Shown here in pieces: positions 17,575-26,959 of a stretch of DNA of 64,000 nt; within the stretch, counting starts at the first letter, position 1, and each line of letters starts with the position of its first letter. A model generated the notes under the pieces. It ran no database searches. It was not told where the DNA came from and worked only from the letters and a program-made list of their open reading frames with translations. Position numbers and translations under genes: made by a program. This stretch comes from a virus: the IMG/VR virus record IMGVR_UViG_3300017761_003320, positions 32,001-96,000 of that record, one strand, 5' to 3'.

Positions 17575-18263
17575 GAGTACATGTAAGAGGCCAAATGGGT
17601 GTGCAACTGATGCAGGCTTTCGTCGGCATCGGTCGATTGGTTGATGACGAGAAGCCTATTCTCGTGGTAAATAGTGGTGGAGATGTACCTGGTGCAAAGA
17701 CATCTCAGTTACATTTTGTAACGGATCCACAATGTGAAATCCGTGAAGATCATGAGGGTATTCGCAAGACACCATATTGGCATTCTGGTGCTGGCCGCAC
17801 AGCTTTTCTTGGGCGTGAGCGCGCAATGCGCTGGCTTCCGTTGCGTGATCATGAATATGGTCAGTTGCATGGAAATGCTGTGGTCGTACATGCAAGAGGT
17901 GGTGACAAGCCTGTGGCCAGTGTCGATAATTATCGCAAGCTGGTTGATCTGGCAAAGGAACGTCATCCAGATCATAAGGTATATGTCTTATCCGATAGCC
18001 GAGACCTGCTTGATGCGCTGGTACCACCAAAGGATGACATCGCCGGCGACGTAGATGAGGATTGGTTCACGATCCTTGAAGCTGACCATGTATATGCTGC
18101 TCCATCAGGCTTCGTGATGAGCACGCTGCTGTTCAATCCGCAGAAGAAGGTGACGTTTATCGGGCCTAGCTGGTGCGATGGTAGTTATCCAGCAGTTGCA
18201 GATGATTTCACTTTCATCGAAGAGGCAAAAGAGTTTTGCCCTAATCTGGAGGTTCTTGAATGA
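17571..18263 (+). CDS. GT11-like fucosyltransferase
   Basis: GQMGVQL, VHARGGD, SGF motifs. Confidence 0.6.
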   Translation: MRVHVRGQMGVQLMQAFVGIGRLVDDEKPILVVNSGGDVPGAKTSQLHFVTDPQCEIREDHEGIRKTPYWHSGAGRTAFLGRERAMRWLPLRDHEYGQLHGNAVVVHARGGDKPVASVDNYRKLVDLAKERHPDHKVYVLSDSRDLLDALVPPKDDIAGDVDEDWFTILEADHVYAAPSGFVMSTLLFNPQKKVTFIGPSWCDGSYPAVADDFTFIEEAKEFCPNLEVLE

Positions 18264-19261
18264 GAATCGGGCGCCACGACGTCTGGAATGAATATGACGC
18301 AGTCGCATCTGTGACTGGCGGTCATACCGAAGCGATGAAGCTAGCACATGCATCATCGATGGCTAATCATATGACGCAGTGTTGGAACATTGCGAAAGAA
18401 TCATTGATGGCCTTTGGATGCGGTGCTTGGCAAGCTGAGCAGCTTATGTCAAATACTAAAGATATTAGACTGCTAAATGGTTGTGATGAATTAGATCCTA
18501 CTGTTCATGCCCTTCGTGCTTATCTGGGTCGTAGCGCACATAGGTGTCGTCTTAATCTGCGACCAGCACCTGGTCTAGATGCTGAAAGCTGTATTGGCAC
18601 TGGTATTCATGTATTCCGTGCAGATCAGCTTGGTCTAACGCAAGAACAGCAGGAAGCATTAGAGCGGGAGCTATCATCTCCCGCTGCTGCGCTATCAAAG
18701 AATGAAACCAATATGGCTTATGGTCGCCGTTGGTTTGAAAATTGCACAGAACTGTTGAATAAGATCACACCTTTCCTATCTGAGGTCACAGGATATTCTG
18801 AAGGCACGATCACGGAAGAATTGTCGCGCACTGCATTCGCGCAGCGAGTGATCAATGGCCCTGAAGATAATGATGTGCAGAAGGTATTGCATCAAGACAC
18901 ATGGCATGATGCATGGAAGCTTTGGTATTTTCCTCGCGCAGTTCGTGATGGTGAAGGCCCATTCAGGTTCGCTCAGTATAGTCATGGGCTATCATCCGAA
19001 CGTATGAGATTGACCACAGCATTTGCTACCAAAGGAACCAAATGGGAAGAATGGCGCAGCTATGGTCATGATGAGGGTTCTTGGCGTGTGGATGATGTAG
19101 AGCTGTTGCGAATGGGTTGTGGTGCTAGTGACGTGACATGCGCTGCTGGTACTCTTGTTGTAGCCAATGTATTCGGATATCATGCGCGTGGTGAAGCTAC
19201 GGAGACGAAGGAGCGGATCGCTCTACACGCGAGCATCCGATTGAATCCATGGAAAAACTAA
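18260..19261 (+). CDS. PhyH-like Fe(II)/2-oxoglutarate dioxygenase
   Basis: HxD (LHQD), GPF, AGTLVV..GYHARG, distal Arg. Confidence 0.7.
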   Translation: MRIGRHDVWNEYDAVASVTGGHTEAMKLAHASSMANHMTQCWNIAKESLMAFGCGAWQAEQLMSNTKDIRLLNGCDELDPTVHALRAYLGRSAHRCRLNLRPAPGLDAESCIGTGIHVFRADQLGLTQEQQEALERELSSPAAALSKNETNMAYGRRWFENCTELLNKITPFLSEVTGYSEGTITEELSRTAFAQRVINGPEDNDVQKVLHQDTWHDAWKLWYFPRAVRDGEGPFRFAQYSHGLSSERMRLTTAFATKGTKWEEWRSYGHDEGSWRVDDVELLRMGCGASDVTCAAGTLVVANVFGYHARGEATETKERIALHASIRLNPWKN

Positions 19262-19464
19262 AATTACTGCTAGCAGGAGGAGCAATCTTTCTACTAGCTT
19301 CATGTGATACAGTAACAGTTTATCGGTCACCCCCTGTAGTCTATCAACGACCGTCGCCGTTATATTATTACCCACCGACATACTATCGTTACGAGCCTCA
19401 TCGTTACTACCATCGGTATCCATACTACTACCATCATCCTCATGCAAGGCCTTGGAGATACTGA
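19249..19464 (+). CDS. small Tyr/Pro/His-rich lipoprotein
   Basis: Lipobox LASC. Confidence 0.6.
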   Translation: MEKLKLLLAGGAIFLLASCDTVTVYRSPPVVYQRPSPLYYYPPTYYRYEPHRYYHRYPYYYHHPHARPWRY

Positions 19465-19688
19465 TGAAAGCAGTTCCAATTCTATTGCTCGGGCTATTGC
19501 TCACAGCTTGCGAGCGACCAGTATTGACATGCGCTGGACAACCCTGCGTGAGCCACTATCCTGCTGGATACTACCAATCTCGTGGTTATCACAGCGAGCC
19601 GACATGGCATGGTAATCGTCACGCGCAACAATATCATTGCCATAGACGTATCGATGGTACATTTTATTGCCACAAACATTCACCTTGA
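19464..19688 (+). CDS. small Cys/His-rich lipoprotein
   Basis: Lipobox LTAC. Confidence 0.6.
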   Translation: MKAVPILLLGLLLTACERPVLTCAGQPCVSHYPAGYYQSRGYHSEPTWHGNRHAQQYHCHRRIDGTFYCHKHSP

Positions 19689-19695
19689 TTAGCCA

Positions 19696-19724
19696 TTGAC
19701 AATGGGTCTGTCATGTGATACTAT
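19696..19724 (+). promoter_or_regulatory. sigma70-type promoter
   Basis: TTGACA-17bp-TACTAT. Confidence 0.65.
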
Positions 19725-19730
19725 GCACGC

Positions 19731-20222
19731 ATGACAGACCAAGACAAACCTACCCCCGCCGCCATTGATGGCTTTGACAACACGGTATATGTGACCAACG
19801 ATGATGATTACTTTTCATTGTTGCCAACATCTCGTACCCTGATCCTACAAAATCCTGCGACAACAGATCACACATTTCATTCAGTCACAATCTCGCCTGA
19901 AGATGAAGTGCGAGCGCCGCGCTTATCACTTGATATCGATATATCCAATTGCAAGTTTGATGCGCCTTCCAATACATTCTTTGCATATGAACCTGAACCG
20001 ATCACAGAATCTCATTCTTCGCCAATTGAAGTGAGTATTCATCGCGGCGGTCTTAAACTTGTCACCGCAAGTCAAAAGCCATATACAGATCGCTATGGTT
20101 ATGATGAATATCATCAGAAATACATGTTTGAAAAAGATTCCTCAGTCTTTTGTGTCAGGTTATATCTGACAGAGAAGTTACGTGACTATTGGTTTGCAAT
20201 GCATCGTGCAGCGAGGTCTTGA
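19731..20222 (+). CDS. hypothetical protein, paralog family member 1
   Basis: KFDAPSNTFFAY ... LRDYW. Confidence 0.65.
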   Translation: MTDQDKPTPAAIDGFDNTVYVTNDDDYFSLLPTSRTLILQNPATTDHTFHSVTISPEDEVRAPRLSLDIDISNCKFDAPSNTFFAYEPEPITESHSSPIEVSIHRGGLKLVTASQKPYTDRYGYDEYHQKYMFEKDSSVFCVRLYLTEKLRDYWFAMHRAARS

Positions 20223-20224
20223 AA

Positions 20225-20629
20225 ATGGTAACTCATATGAATCCTACAACTTATATAAACCCAAATACAATGCCAAAAACCATGCAACATAATCATCTCA
20301 ATGTAACTACAGCCAGTACCGTGCATGTAGATGCACAGCAGGCTATGAATAGTGATACGCTAAGATATTACAAAGCACAAAACAGATTGTATCTTGTATC
20401 ACCTGTTGATAATTGGCCAACAACCATATTCATCATTGGGCGCCAAGAGGGTGCAACATATGTCATGGATGCAAATAATGCACTCTCAAGCGTGCGAAAA
20501 TATGTTCTTTCCAGTAAAGTTATCACACCTAATGCACCGAATGAAATGTATGTTTGGCATCGTCATCATGCTGATGATATGATGAAGTCTTGGCGTAATG
20601 CTGTCAAACATAATCATCAATATATCTAA
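20225..20629 (+). CDS. hypothetical protein, paralog family member 2 (divergent)
   Basis: RYYKAQNRLYL ... MMKSW. Confidence 0.6.
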   Translation: MVTHMNPTTYINPNTMPKTMQHNHLNVTTASTVHVDAQQAMNSDTLRYYKAQNRLYLVSPVDNWPTTIFIIGRQEGATYVMDANNALSSVRKYVLSSKVITPNAPNEMYVWHRHHADDMMKSWRNAVKHNHQYI

Positions 20630-20631
20630 TC

Positions 20632-20952
20632 ATGCAAGGTATTACAACAGCAATCGCAATCCCTGCCACAAATAAAAAGCGCGTCAAGTTTGACGCGAAA
20701 AAGCGAGTATTTTATGCATTGTGGTTGGGTGATTCATCTCGTGTTAATGTAATAGTACAGCTTGTCGGTAAGCTACAGAGTTGGCGGTTTGATGTGATCG
20801 CACCAGACCTATCATCTGACGGTTCTTCTCTATATGCACGTGGTGGCACGTTCGATGAGCCTGAGGTATACTACCTTAAACTGTATTACAATAACCAAGA
20901 CTTTGATAAGGCCTGGGCAGAATTGCGAGGACAAAATGCCAGTAACACGTGA
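20632..20952 (+). CDS. hypothetical protein, paralog family member 3
   Basis: KFDAKKRVFYA ... FDKAWAELR. Confidence 0.65.
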   Translation: MQGITTAIAIPATNKKRVKFDAKKRVFYALWLGDSSRVNVIVQLVGKLQSWRFDVIAPDLSSDGSSLYARGGTFDEPEVYYLKLYYNNQDFDKAWAELRGQNASNT

Positions 20953-21229
20953 TCATGTCGTTGTTAAAGTTGACGACACTTTGTATGATGCGAAGTCAAA
21001 AACATTCTATGTGGCTTTGTCACGAGTGACAAATGATCTTAGCGCGCCGCAGTTGATCAATCTTATCAATGATAGGACTGGCAATGTGCGTGTTTTTAAT
21101 AAGCGAACATTTGGACTAGAAGGTTATTTTGTGTATAGCCATATAGCTAGCGAATATCATGGATACACAATGAAAGCCTTCACATTTGATGAAGAAATGA
21201 AAGCAGCTTGGGAAAAGACTAGATCATGA
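20936..21229 (+). CDS. hypothetical protein, paralog family member 4
   Basis: LYDAKSKTFYV ... MKAAWEKTR. Confidence 0.65.
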   Translation: MPVTRDHVVVKVDDTLYDAKSKTFYVALSRVTNDLSAPQLINLINDRTGNVRVFNKRTFGLEGYFVYSHIASEYHGYTMKAFTFDEEMKAAWEKTRS

Positions 21230-21750
21230 TATTAACTGGCAGACCTGATCATATCGTTTTAAATGTCTATTATAATACACCGAAGGATGAGGCAAATGAT
21301 GATTTAATTCTGTATGATCAGACCACGCGCACGTTTTTCATTCACACCTCGCAATTAGAACCTGCTAAATTTTCGGGTAATGTGGGTAATATCTTTCATC
21401 TGAAGATAGAAAATCTCAAAACAAAAGCTACATGGCAGTTCGTATATGAACATACACGAGAATATAAGTCAAAATGTGGTGGTGTGATGCGATATAGAGA
21501 ATACACCCATACTCATCTAGATCATGGCGAGCAGCGTTATTATGCACATCTGTATGCTACACGCCTTATGCTTGAAACAGCATGGTCGGATGTTAGAAAA
21601 GGTATCGACGATAAACGAGCCAATCATATGGTAACTGGACAAGCTAAGGTTGATAATCAGTTTATGGTTCGTGCTGAAAATGCTTTGATTAATATCCTAT
21701 CTGATTCCTTGAAAAATGATATTGATAAGCATATCATATCTGCAATGTAA
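21226..21750 (+). CDS. hypothetical protein, paralog family member 5
   Basis: LYDQTTRTFFI ... LETAWSDVR. Confidence 0.65.
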   Translation: MILTGRPDHIVLNVYYNTPKDEANDDLILYDQTTRTFFIHTSQLEPAKFSGNVGNIFHLKIENLKTKATWQFVYEHTREYKSKCGGVMRYREYTHTHLDHGEQRYYAHLYATRLMLETAWSDVRKGIDDKRANHMVTGQAKVDNQFMVRAENALINILSDSLKNDIDKHIISAM

Positions 21751-21776
21751 AGCCGTAACATGGATGAAAGCAAGTC

Positions 21777-21965
21777 ATGACACCACAAAAGCTTACCCAG
21801 TTTCTAGTTGTCTATTATACAGGCGGCTATTCGTATCAGAAACTTGGTCAAGCATTTGTAAATCAGAATACCGGCATTGATTCTGTCGTAAATCTGGCTG
21901 AGATACATAAGATTCGAAATGATATAGATGCTCTTAAAATCATAGTCGAGAGGTATGTCAAATGA
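21777..21965 (+). CDS. hypothetical protein
   Basis: QKLGQAFVN motif; stop overlaps next start. Confidence 0.55.
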   Translation: MTPQKLTQFLVVYYTGGYSYQKLGQAFVNQNTGIDSVVNLAEIHKIRNDIDALKIIVERYVK

Positions 21966-22723
21966 CACAATACAAAACTGTCTTTATCTCTGACATACAT
22001 CTAGGCTCGATAGCGTGCAAATATGATGAGCTGCTCTCGTTTCTAAAAACGCTGGAAAATAATCCACCCGAGAGCATATATCTGGTTGGTGATATCATAG
22101 ACCTATGGAAGCTGAGCAAAGGATTTAACTGGCGCCCAGAACATAATGTGATATTACAAAAGCTGTTGAGGCTTTCGCGCAAAGGTGTGCAGATACGATA
22201 TGTGGTTGGTAATCATGATGAATACTTTCGCTCACTACCAGACGGATTTCATTTCGGTGGTATAGAGGTTGCGAATCATTTTGATTTTATCTCAGTCACA
22301 GGTGATCGTTATCTTGTGATACATGGTGACCAGTATGATACGTTTCTAATACAAAATGATCTGATCGCGCGCCTTGGCTCATTTGCATATGATTTGCTTG
22401 TCGTAGCCAACTCAGTTCTATCATTTGTGCGAAGAAAGCTGCATATGCCATACTGGTCAATGTCACACTATTTGAAAATCAAAGCAAAGGCTGCTACGCG
22501 AATTGTAGATACGTTTGAAACTACAATGTGCGAAGCCATTCGCCTGCGAGGCTATGATGGTGTAATCTGTGGTCATATTCATCTCGCGAAGGCCATGACT
22601 ACACCATCAGGATTCAAGTACTTTAATTGTGGTGACTGGACTGAATCGTGTACAGCAATTATTGAGACTCATGATGGCCGCATCGAGATATTATATCACA
22701 AGACATCAAAGGATAATGCATGA
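21962..22723 (+). CDS. LpxH-like UDP-2,3-diacylglucosamine hydrolase / metallophosphoesterase
   Basis: SDIHLG, GDIIDLW, GNHD, HGD, GHIH, NCGDW. Confidence 0.85.
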   Translation: MTQYKTVFISDIHLGSIACKYDELLSFLKTLENNPPESIYLVGDIIDLWKLSKGFNWRPEHNVILQKLLRLSRKGVQIRYVVGNHDEYFRSLPDGFHFGGIEVANHFDFISVTGDRYLVIHGDQYDTFLIQNDLIARLGSFAYDLLVVANSVLSFVRRKLHMPYWSMSHYLKIKAKAATRIVDTFETTMCEAIRLRGYDGVICGHIHLAKAMTTPSGFKYFNCGDWTESCTAIIETHDGRIEILYHKTSKDNA

Positions 22724-22966
22724 ATGGCATACCATAGACCAAATGATTGTTATTTCGGAATCATGTACATGCCTTGGCTAGATGGTAAGACTAAACCATG
22801 GTTTCTTCTATCAGGCGCAGCTGGACCTGAGGATAACTATAGAGTGCATTGGAGACCGTATGGTAGTGGCTTCCTCACTGAGGGTGAAGCTAAGGCTGAG
22901 ATGATGTACAGGAATACCGTGGTGGAGATCGCATCGATGAGATACCGAGGATATGACCTTGAGTAA
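22724..22966 (+). CDS. hypothetical protein
   Basis: Operon-like packing. Confidence 0.55.
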   Translation: MAYHRPNDCYFGIMYMPWLDGKTKPWFLLSGAAGPEDNYRVHWRPYGSGFLTEGEAKAEMMYRNTVVEIASMRYRGYDLE

Positions 22967-23189
22967 GACCTGGCAGGATGACTGCATCGTGGAGCGAATC
23001 TATCTACAGACTGGCACGACACAACGTCCTGGCGGTCAACAAGCAGGCATTCCAGCAACAGCTGTTCGCATCACACATGAACCAACTGGCACGATGGCTC
23101 AGTTTGGTGAGTGCTGGAGCGAACATAAACAAAAGATGATCGCGATGAATATGATTGAGTTTGCCCTTATAGAAGCGAAGTGGATATGA
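22953..23189 (+). CDS. stand-alone class I release factor GGQ domain (peptidyl-tRNA hydrolase-like)
   Basis: RPGGQQAG..TAVRITHEPTG......SEHKQK..AM aligns by eye with RF1 GPGGQ..N...SAVRITHLPTG......SQHKNK..AM. Confidence 0.75.
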   Translation: MTLSKTWQDDCIVERIYLQTGTTQRPGGQQAGIPATAVRITHEPTGTMAQFGECWSEHKQKMIAMNMIEFALIEAKWI

Positions 23190-23312
23190 CGAAGTTAGTA
23201 ATACCTGATAGTTGGCCATACAGCAAGAAAGATTATCTTGAGCTGTGTTTGTATAATGCTACAGTTATACAATCAGGGACTTTGATTCGCAAGTTTAGAA
23301 AGATGTTAAAAG

Positions 23313-23507
23313 ATGAATGATAAGCAAGAGTTTAATGAGATGAGAGTTTCCGTCATCATTGATGGAAAAGAGATTGATGTAATGAGCATCAACGGTAAAC
23401 TGTATCGTAATATGTGCCAGCTACATGATCCAAAAGAAGTCAAGGAGGAAGCCATTCGAATCATGCTGGCTGATATGCGAATGATCTTGGAGAAAACGCT
23501 GCGATGA
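23313..23507 (+). CDS. hypothetical protein
   Basis: Operon-like packing. Confidence 0.5.
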   Translation: MNDKQEFNEMRVSVIIDGKEIDVMSINGKLYRNMCQLHDPKEVKEEAIRIMLADMRMILEKTLR

Positions 23508-23719
23508 GATACTGGGCTTACATTGAGCCAACATCCGAGACCGATTCCACACCCATTCTTACCACGATGTCTGATCAGGAAATCATTGACAGCTATTGGG
23601 AATGGTGGTATGATAGAATGTGCAGTAAGCATGGCCAAGCGCACGTCGATGCGAATTACTCCAAGGAAGACTGCATCCGCGATTGGGTCACAACACACTG
23701 GGCTTGGGAGAGTAAATGA
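23504..23719 (+). CDS. hypothetical protein
   Basis: EIIDSYWEWW...CIRDWVTTHWAW motif. Confidence 0.6.
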   Translation: MRYWAYIEPTSETDSTPILTTMSDQEIIDSYWEWWYDRMCSKHGQAHVDANYSKEDCIRDWVTTHWAWESK

Positions 23720-24012
23720 TGAGCACTCCACACCTTTTACACCTACTTGACGAAGATGCTCTCGGTAGACTTATCACTCTACGGAAATATATCGTAAATG
23801 ATAGAGAGACAAGTAAAGACTCCAAGTATATTAAAACGTTAAAAAGAGTAGAGAAAGCTTTGACTTGGTTAATTTCTTATCAGCTTGGACAAGCCCCTTC
23901 ATACACAAAAAAGAAGAACTCAGATTCATTGTATTTCGTTGGGTTTCCGCCTGAATTGAAAAATGACATCTATAGCTTTCACCACTACGCGGAAAGAATT
24001 ATTCATGAGTAA
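23716..24012 (+). CDS. hypothetical protein
   Basis: Operon-like packing. Confidence 0.5.
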   Translation: MMSTPHLLHLLDEDALGRLITLRKYIVNDRETSKDSKYIKTLKRVEKALTWLISYQLGQAPSYTKKKNSDSLYFVGFPPELKNDIYSFHHYAERIIHE

Positions 24013-24036
24013 TAACACACTGGGCTTGGGAAGTAA

Positions 24037-24462
24037 ATGACTGACTGGGACGAACGCTTTCTGCAACTCGCGCAACACATCGCGCAGTGGAGTAAAGATC
24101 CATCGACTAAGGTCGGCGCGGTGATCGTGCGACCAAATCGCACTATCGCAAGCGTAGGCTACAATGGCTTTCCGCGCGGTGTGAACGATGATGAACGACT
24201 GAATGATCGCCCATACAAGTATGCGATGACTGTACATGCCGAGGCCAATGCAATACTGTCAGCCAATGAACGATTAGATGGCTGCACGCTATATGTGACT
24301 CCACTAAGCCCATGCTCGTCCTGTGCATCCATACTCATACAGTCAGGGATCAAGCGCGTCGTAGCGTATATGCCGCACCAGCCAGAGCATTGGGCCGACA
24401 GCTTCGCGATAGCACGCACGATGCTTGATGAAGCTGGCGTACGCTGGGAGATACGAACATGA
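24037..24462 (+). CDS. cd: dCMP deaminase
   Basis: SKDPSTKVGA, GYNGFPRG, HAEAN, PCSSC. Confidence 0.95.
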   Translation: MTDWDERFLQLAQHIAQWSKDPSTKVGAVIVRPNRTIASVGYNGFPRGVNDDERLNDRPYKYAMTVHAEANAILSANERLDGCTLYVTPLSPCSSCASILIQSGIKRVVAYMPHQPEHWADSFAIARTMLDEAGVRWEIRT

Positions 24463-24761
24463 CAGAAGTCTCACAAACACCGATACTGTTCTCACCACAT
24501 ACGTTGTATGATGCAAAGACACAAATGTTCTTCGCAAAGCAACAGGATGTGCATCATATTGACAGAGGTACCGGTAATGGTATAATATTTGTTGGCCATA
24601 ATGATACGTGCCACTTCAAATATAATACGAAGAACTCAGTGTATACTTCATTCACATATGTGGATTCAATTGAAGCCTATCATCTATTCATATTCGTAGA
24701 CCAAGAGTCTTTGGATTCATATTGGAAGAGTATAAGGGCTCGCACAGATGCTGGAGATTAA
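24459..24761 (+). CDS. hypothetical protein, paralog family member 6
   Basis: LYDAKTQMFFA ... LDSYWKSIR. Confidence 0.65.
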   Translation: MTEVSQTPILFSPHTLYDAKTQMFFAKQQDVHHIDRGTGNGIIFVGHNDTCHFKYNTKNSVYTSFTYVDSIEAYHLFIFVDQESLDSYWKSIRARTDAGD

Positions 24762-25068
24762 TTGCAAACAACTGCTTTTTGATAAACGATCCAAGACATT
24801 CATTGGTAAGCTGAGGGATATAACCTTTCCACATGGTGGTCAATACCATTCATTGAATACACCAATCAGGGTATTTGGTAATACAGAGTCAAAGACATTT
24901 CACTTTGCTCGTACTGATAAGGATCCCGATGGGCCATACTACTATTCGTTTGTGGAAAGTGATAATGTCAATGGGCTGTATTCATTAGAACTATATTCAA
25001 AAGAAGATGCTATGGCTGATCGGTGGTACTCATTAAGAGGAGAACAATATGAAACAACATCGCGATGA
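24748..25068 (+). CDS. hypothetical protein, paralog family member 7
   Basis: LFDKRSKTFIG ... MADRWYSLR. Confidence 0.65.
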   Translation: MLEINCKQLLFDKRSKTFIGKLRDITFPHGGQYHSLNTPIRVFGNTESKTFHFARTDKDPDGPYYYSFVESDNVNGLYSLELYSKEDAMADRWYSLRGEQYETTSR

Positions 25069-25195
25069 CAATACATGGTGGGGATTTCTCAAGGCTGAAG
25101 CGGAGAAAGCACGCAAGGAACGAGTCAAGCGCGAGAAGAAACGCTACAAAGCAAACACAAAAGCGTTTCGCACACCACAGAGTTTCGGTATAGCA

Positions 25196-25510
25196 TCATC
25201 CAGCAAAGACGTTGGTACTACCTGAGATGATAACGTTGTCGGATGTATATTCATCACCGATACGACCAAGGCCAAGACCATTGACAAACACTGTCGATGA
25301 ATAAGACGATAGGCCAGACGTATCAGTAGAACATCCAGCAGCAGGATGCACACCAACAACATCACTCTGCCGCACGACAGCAATGCTATTTACAAATACA
25401 TTAGGGCTACCAATAGCACCAGTAGTCGTTTGCATTGGAGATCCACATCCAAATCCAGAACCAGTGCGTGATAGAACATCATCAGTATTAATACGCGCTA
25501 CAGCAGGCAT
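25196..25510 (-). CDS. PAAR spike-tip protein (T4 gp5.4-like)
   Basis: PAVARI, GSPNVFVNS, STVFVNGLGLGRIGD, GSTNVFAG. Confidence 0.9.
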   Translation of the reverse strand: MPAVARINTDDVLSRTGSGFGCGSPMQTTTGAIGSPNVFVNSIAVVRQSDVVGVHPAAGCSTDTSGLSSYSSTVFVNGLGLGRIGDEYTSDNVIISGSTNVFAG

Positions 25511-26034
25511 CAAATCCCTCCAGCAACAACAGCCTTAAAAGCTGTAATAGATGGGTCAATCGCCCAGTATACGTATTGGTTCATCGTAATCACCTCAGCG
25601 CCAGAGTTCAACGAGAAGCTGTAGTTATTAATAGACTTATACAGCTCAGTCGGTAGATTCCATGCTGTGATTGATCTGTACGCAGGAAGACTATTCACAG
25701 ACACAGTCGTGAGTGATCCATCATTCAATAGTAACTGATAAGACTCTCCAGTCAGCACATTAGTCAATGTACCAGACACACGCACTCTGTATGCTAGTGG
25801 ATTAGTATCCATCACAGTGAACGACACAGAGGTATATCCACCAGATAACGATGACGATACAGACGTTATTGGTACATCCACAGGAGGTTCAGCACCATCA
25901 TCGAGTGCAAACGTCACATCAATAGCAAAAGCAGTGCCCTGTACAACAGAGAATAGGTAATCATCGGTGCCCGGATAAGCATCGTTGCTGATGGTAGGAA
26001 TCGTGATGCTGGTCTTGGTGATCGTTACGGCCAT
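25510..26034 (-). CDS. hypothetical virion/baseplate-associated protein
   Basis: S/T/V-rich; coupled to the PAAR gene. Confidence 0.55.
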   Translation of the reverse strand: MAVTITKTSITIPTISNDAYPGTDDYLFSVVQGTAFAIDVTFALDDGAEPPVDVPITSVSSSLSGGYTSVSFTVMDTNPLAYRVRVSGTLTNVLTGESYQLLLNDGSLTTVSVNSLPAYRSITAWNLPTELYKSINNYSFSLNSGAEVITMNQYVYWAIDPSITAFKAVVAGGI

Positions 26035-26338
26035 GTTTGTATATATGAATACGACAAAACACGGAAATATATTGTGTATTTTCGTGGTATGACTATATTT
26101 TGTGACGGGCTGTGTAAAATTTACTATGGATTGTGGGGAATGGAGTAAATTTTACGCCGGCTTAGGAAAGCCGGATTTAAGCCGGGTATGGGCCGTGTAT
26201 ACTTGAATAGGTATTCAGCCGTTGAGGTATAGCGCCGCGCGGTAAAACGCAAAAAAGAGAAAACCTTTGCGGTGCCTCGAGCGGCTGCCGAAAAGATTTT
26301 CTCTGTGAGTTACTATAACGCGCTGTGGAAAGAAAAGT

Positions 26339-26563
26339 TTACTCGTGCGGATCGTAGTCCGGACCATATTCTGGCTCCGCTGGCCACTCAGTATTACACC
26401 ATTCCAGTTGGTTTGCTATCTGTCGCAGTAGTTCCACAGCCTCTTCCCATGAGATACTAGCAGGATATTCTACATGCCGGCGGATCACTCGCTGTATCTC
26501 TCCCGCGAACAGATTCTGTCGGTGCTGATGAGTATAGGGATCGTTCGGAAATTCTTCGTTCAT
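26339..26563 (-). CDS. hypothetical protein
   Basis: GGGAG RBS, coupled to upstream gene. Confidence 0.55.
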   Translation of the reverse strand: MNEEFPNDPYTHQHRQNLFAGEIQRVIRRHVEYPASISWEEAVELLRQIANQLEWCNTEWPAEPEYGPDYDPHE

Positions 26564-26886
26564 TGTGTTTCTCCCAATAATTCCCGGCCTATCTGAACGG
26601 CCCGCCATTGAAGCCATTGCTGATAATAAAAATCGCTTCCGCCGTAATGCGCCCAGGCTTCTTCTTCACTGGCAGTTATCGGTGGCGGTTCCTGCCCATC
26701 TAGCTTTACCCGATAGCCTACCTGCACGTTCCCCGTTTGAATGAATGGGCGCAACGCCTTCCGCAGCCGCGCGTTCTCGGCCTGTAGCGCGTCACGCTCG
26801 GCCAGAAGCCGCAGCACATCCTCATCGGATATGCTGCGGCCTTCATCAAGGCGCGCGCGGATGATTGTTGAGATTATGTCGCTCAT
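26560..26886 (-). CDS. hypothetical protein with coiled coil
   Basis: LLAERDALQAENARLRKALRPF. Confidence 0.6.
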   Translation of the reverse strand: MSDIISTIIRARLDEGRSISDEDVLRLLAERDALQAENARLRKALRPFIQTGNVQVGYRVKLDGQEPPPITASEEEAWAHYGGSDFYYQQWLQWRAVQIGRELLGETQ

Positions 26887-26959
26887 CTGTTTCTTCCCAT
26901 TCCTATTCCGATGATAAAGGCACAGACCCACAATAGGCCCATGGTCAAAGGATCAAACA

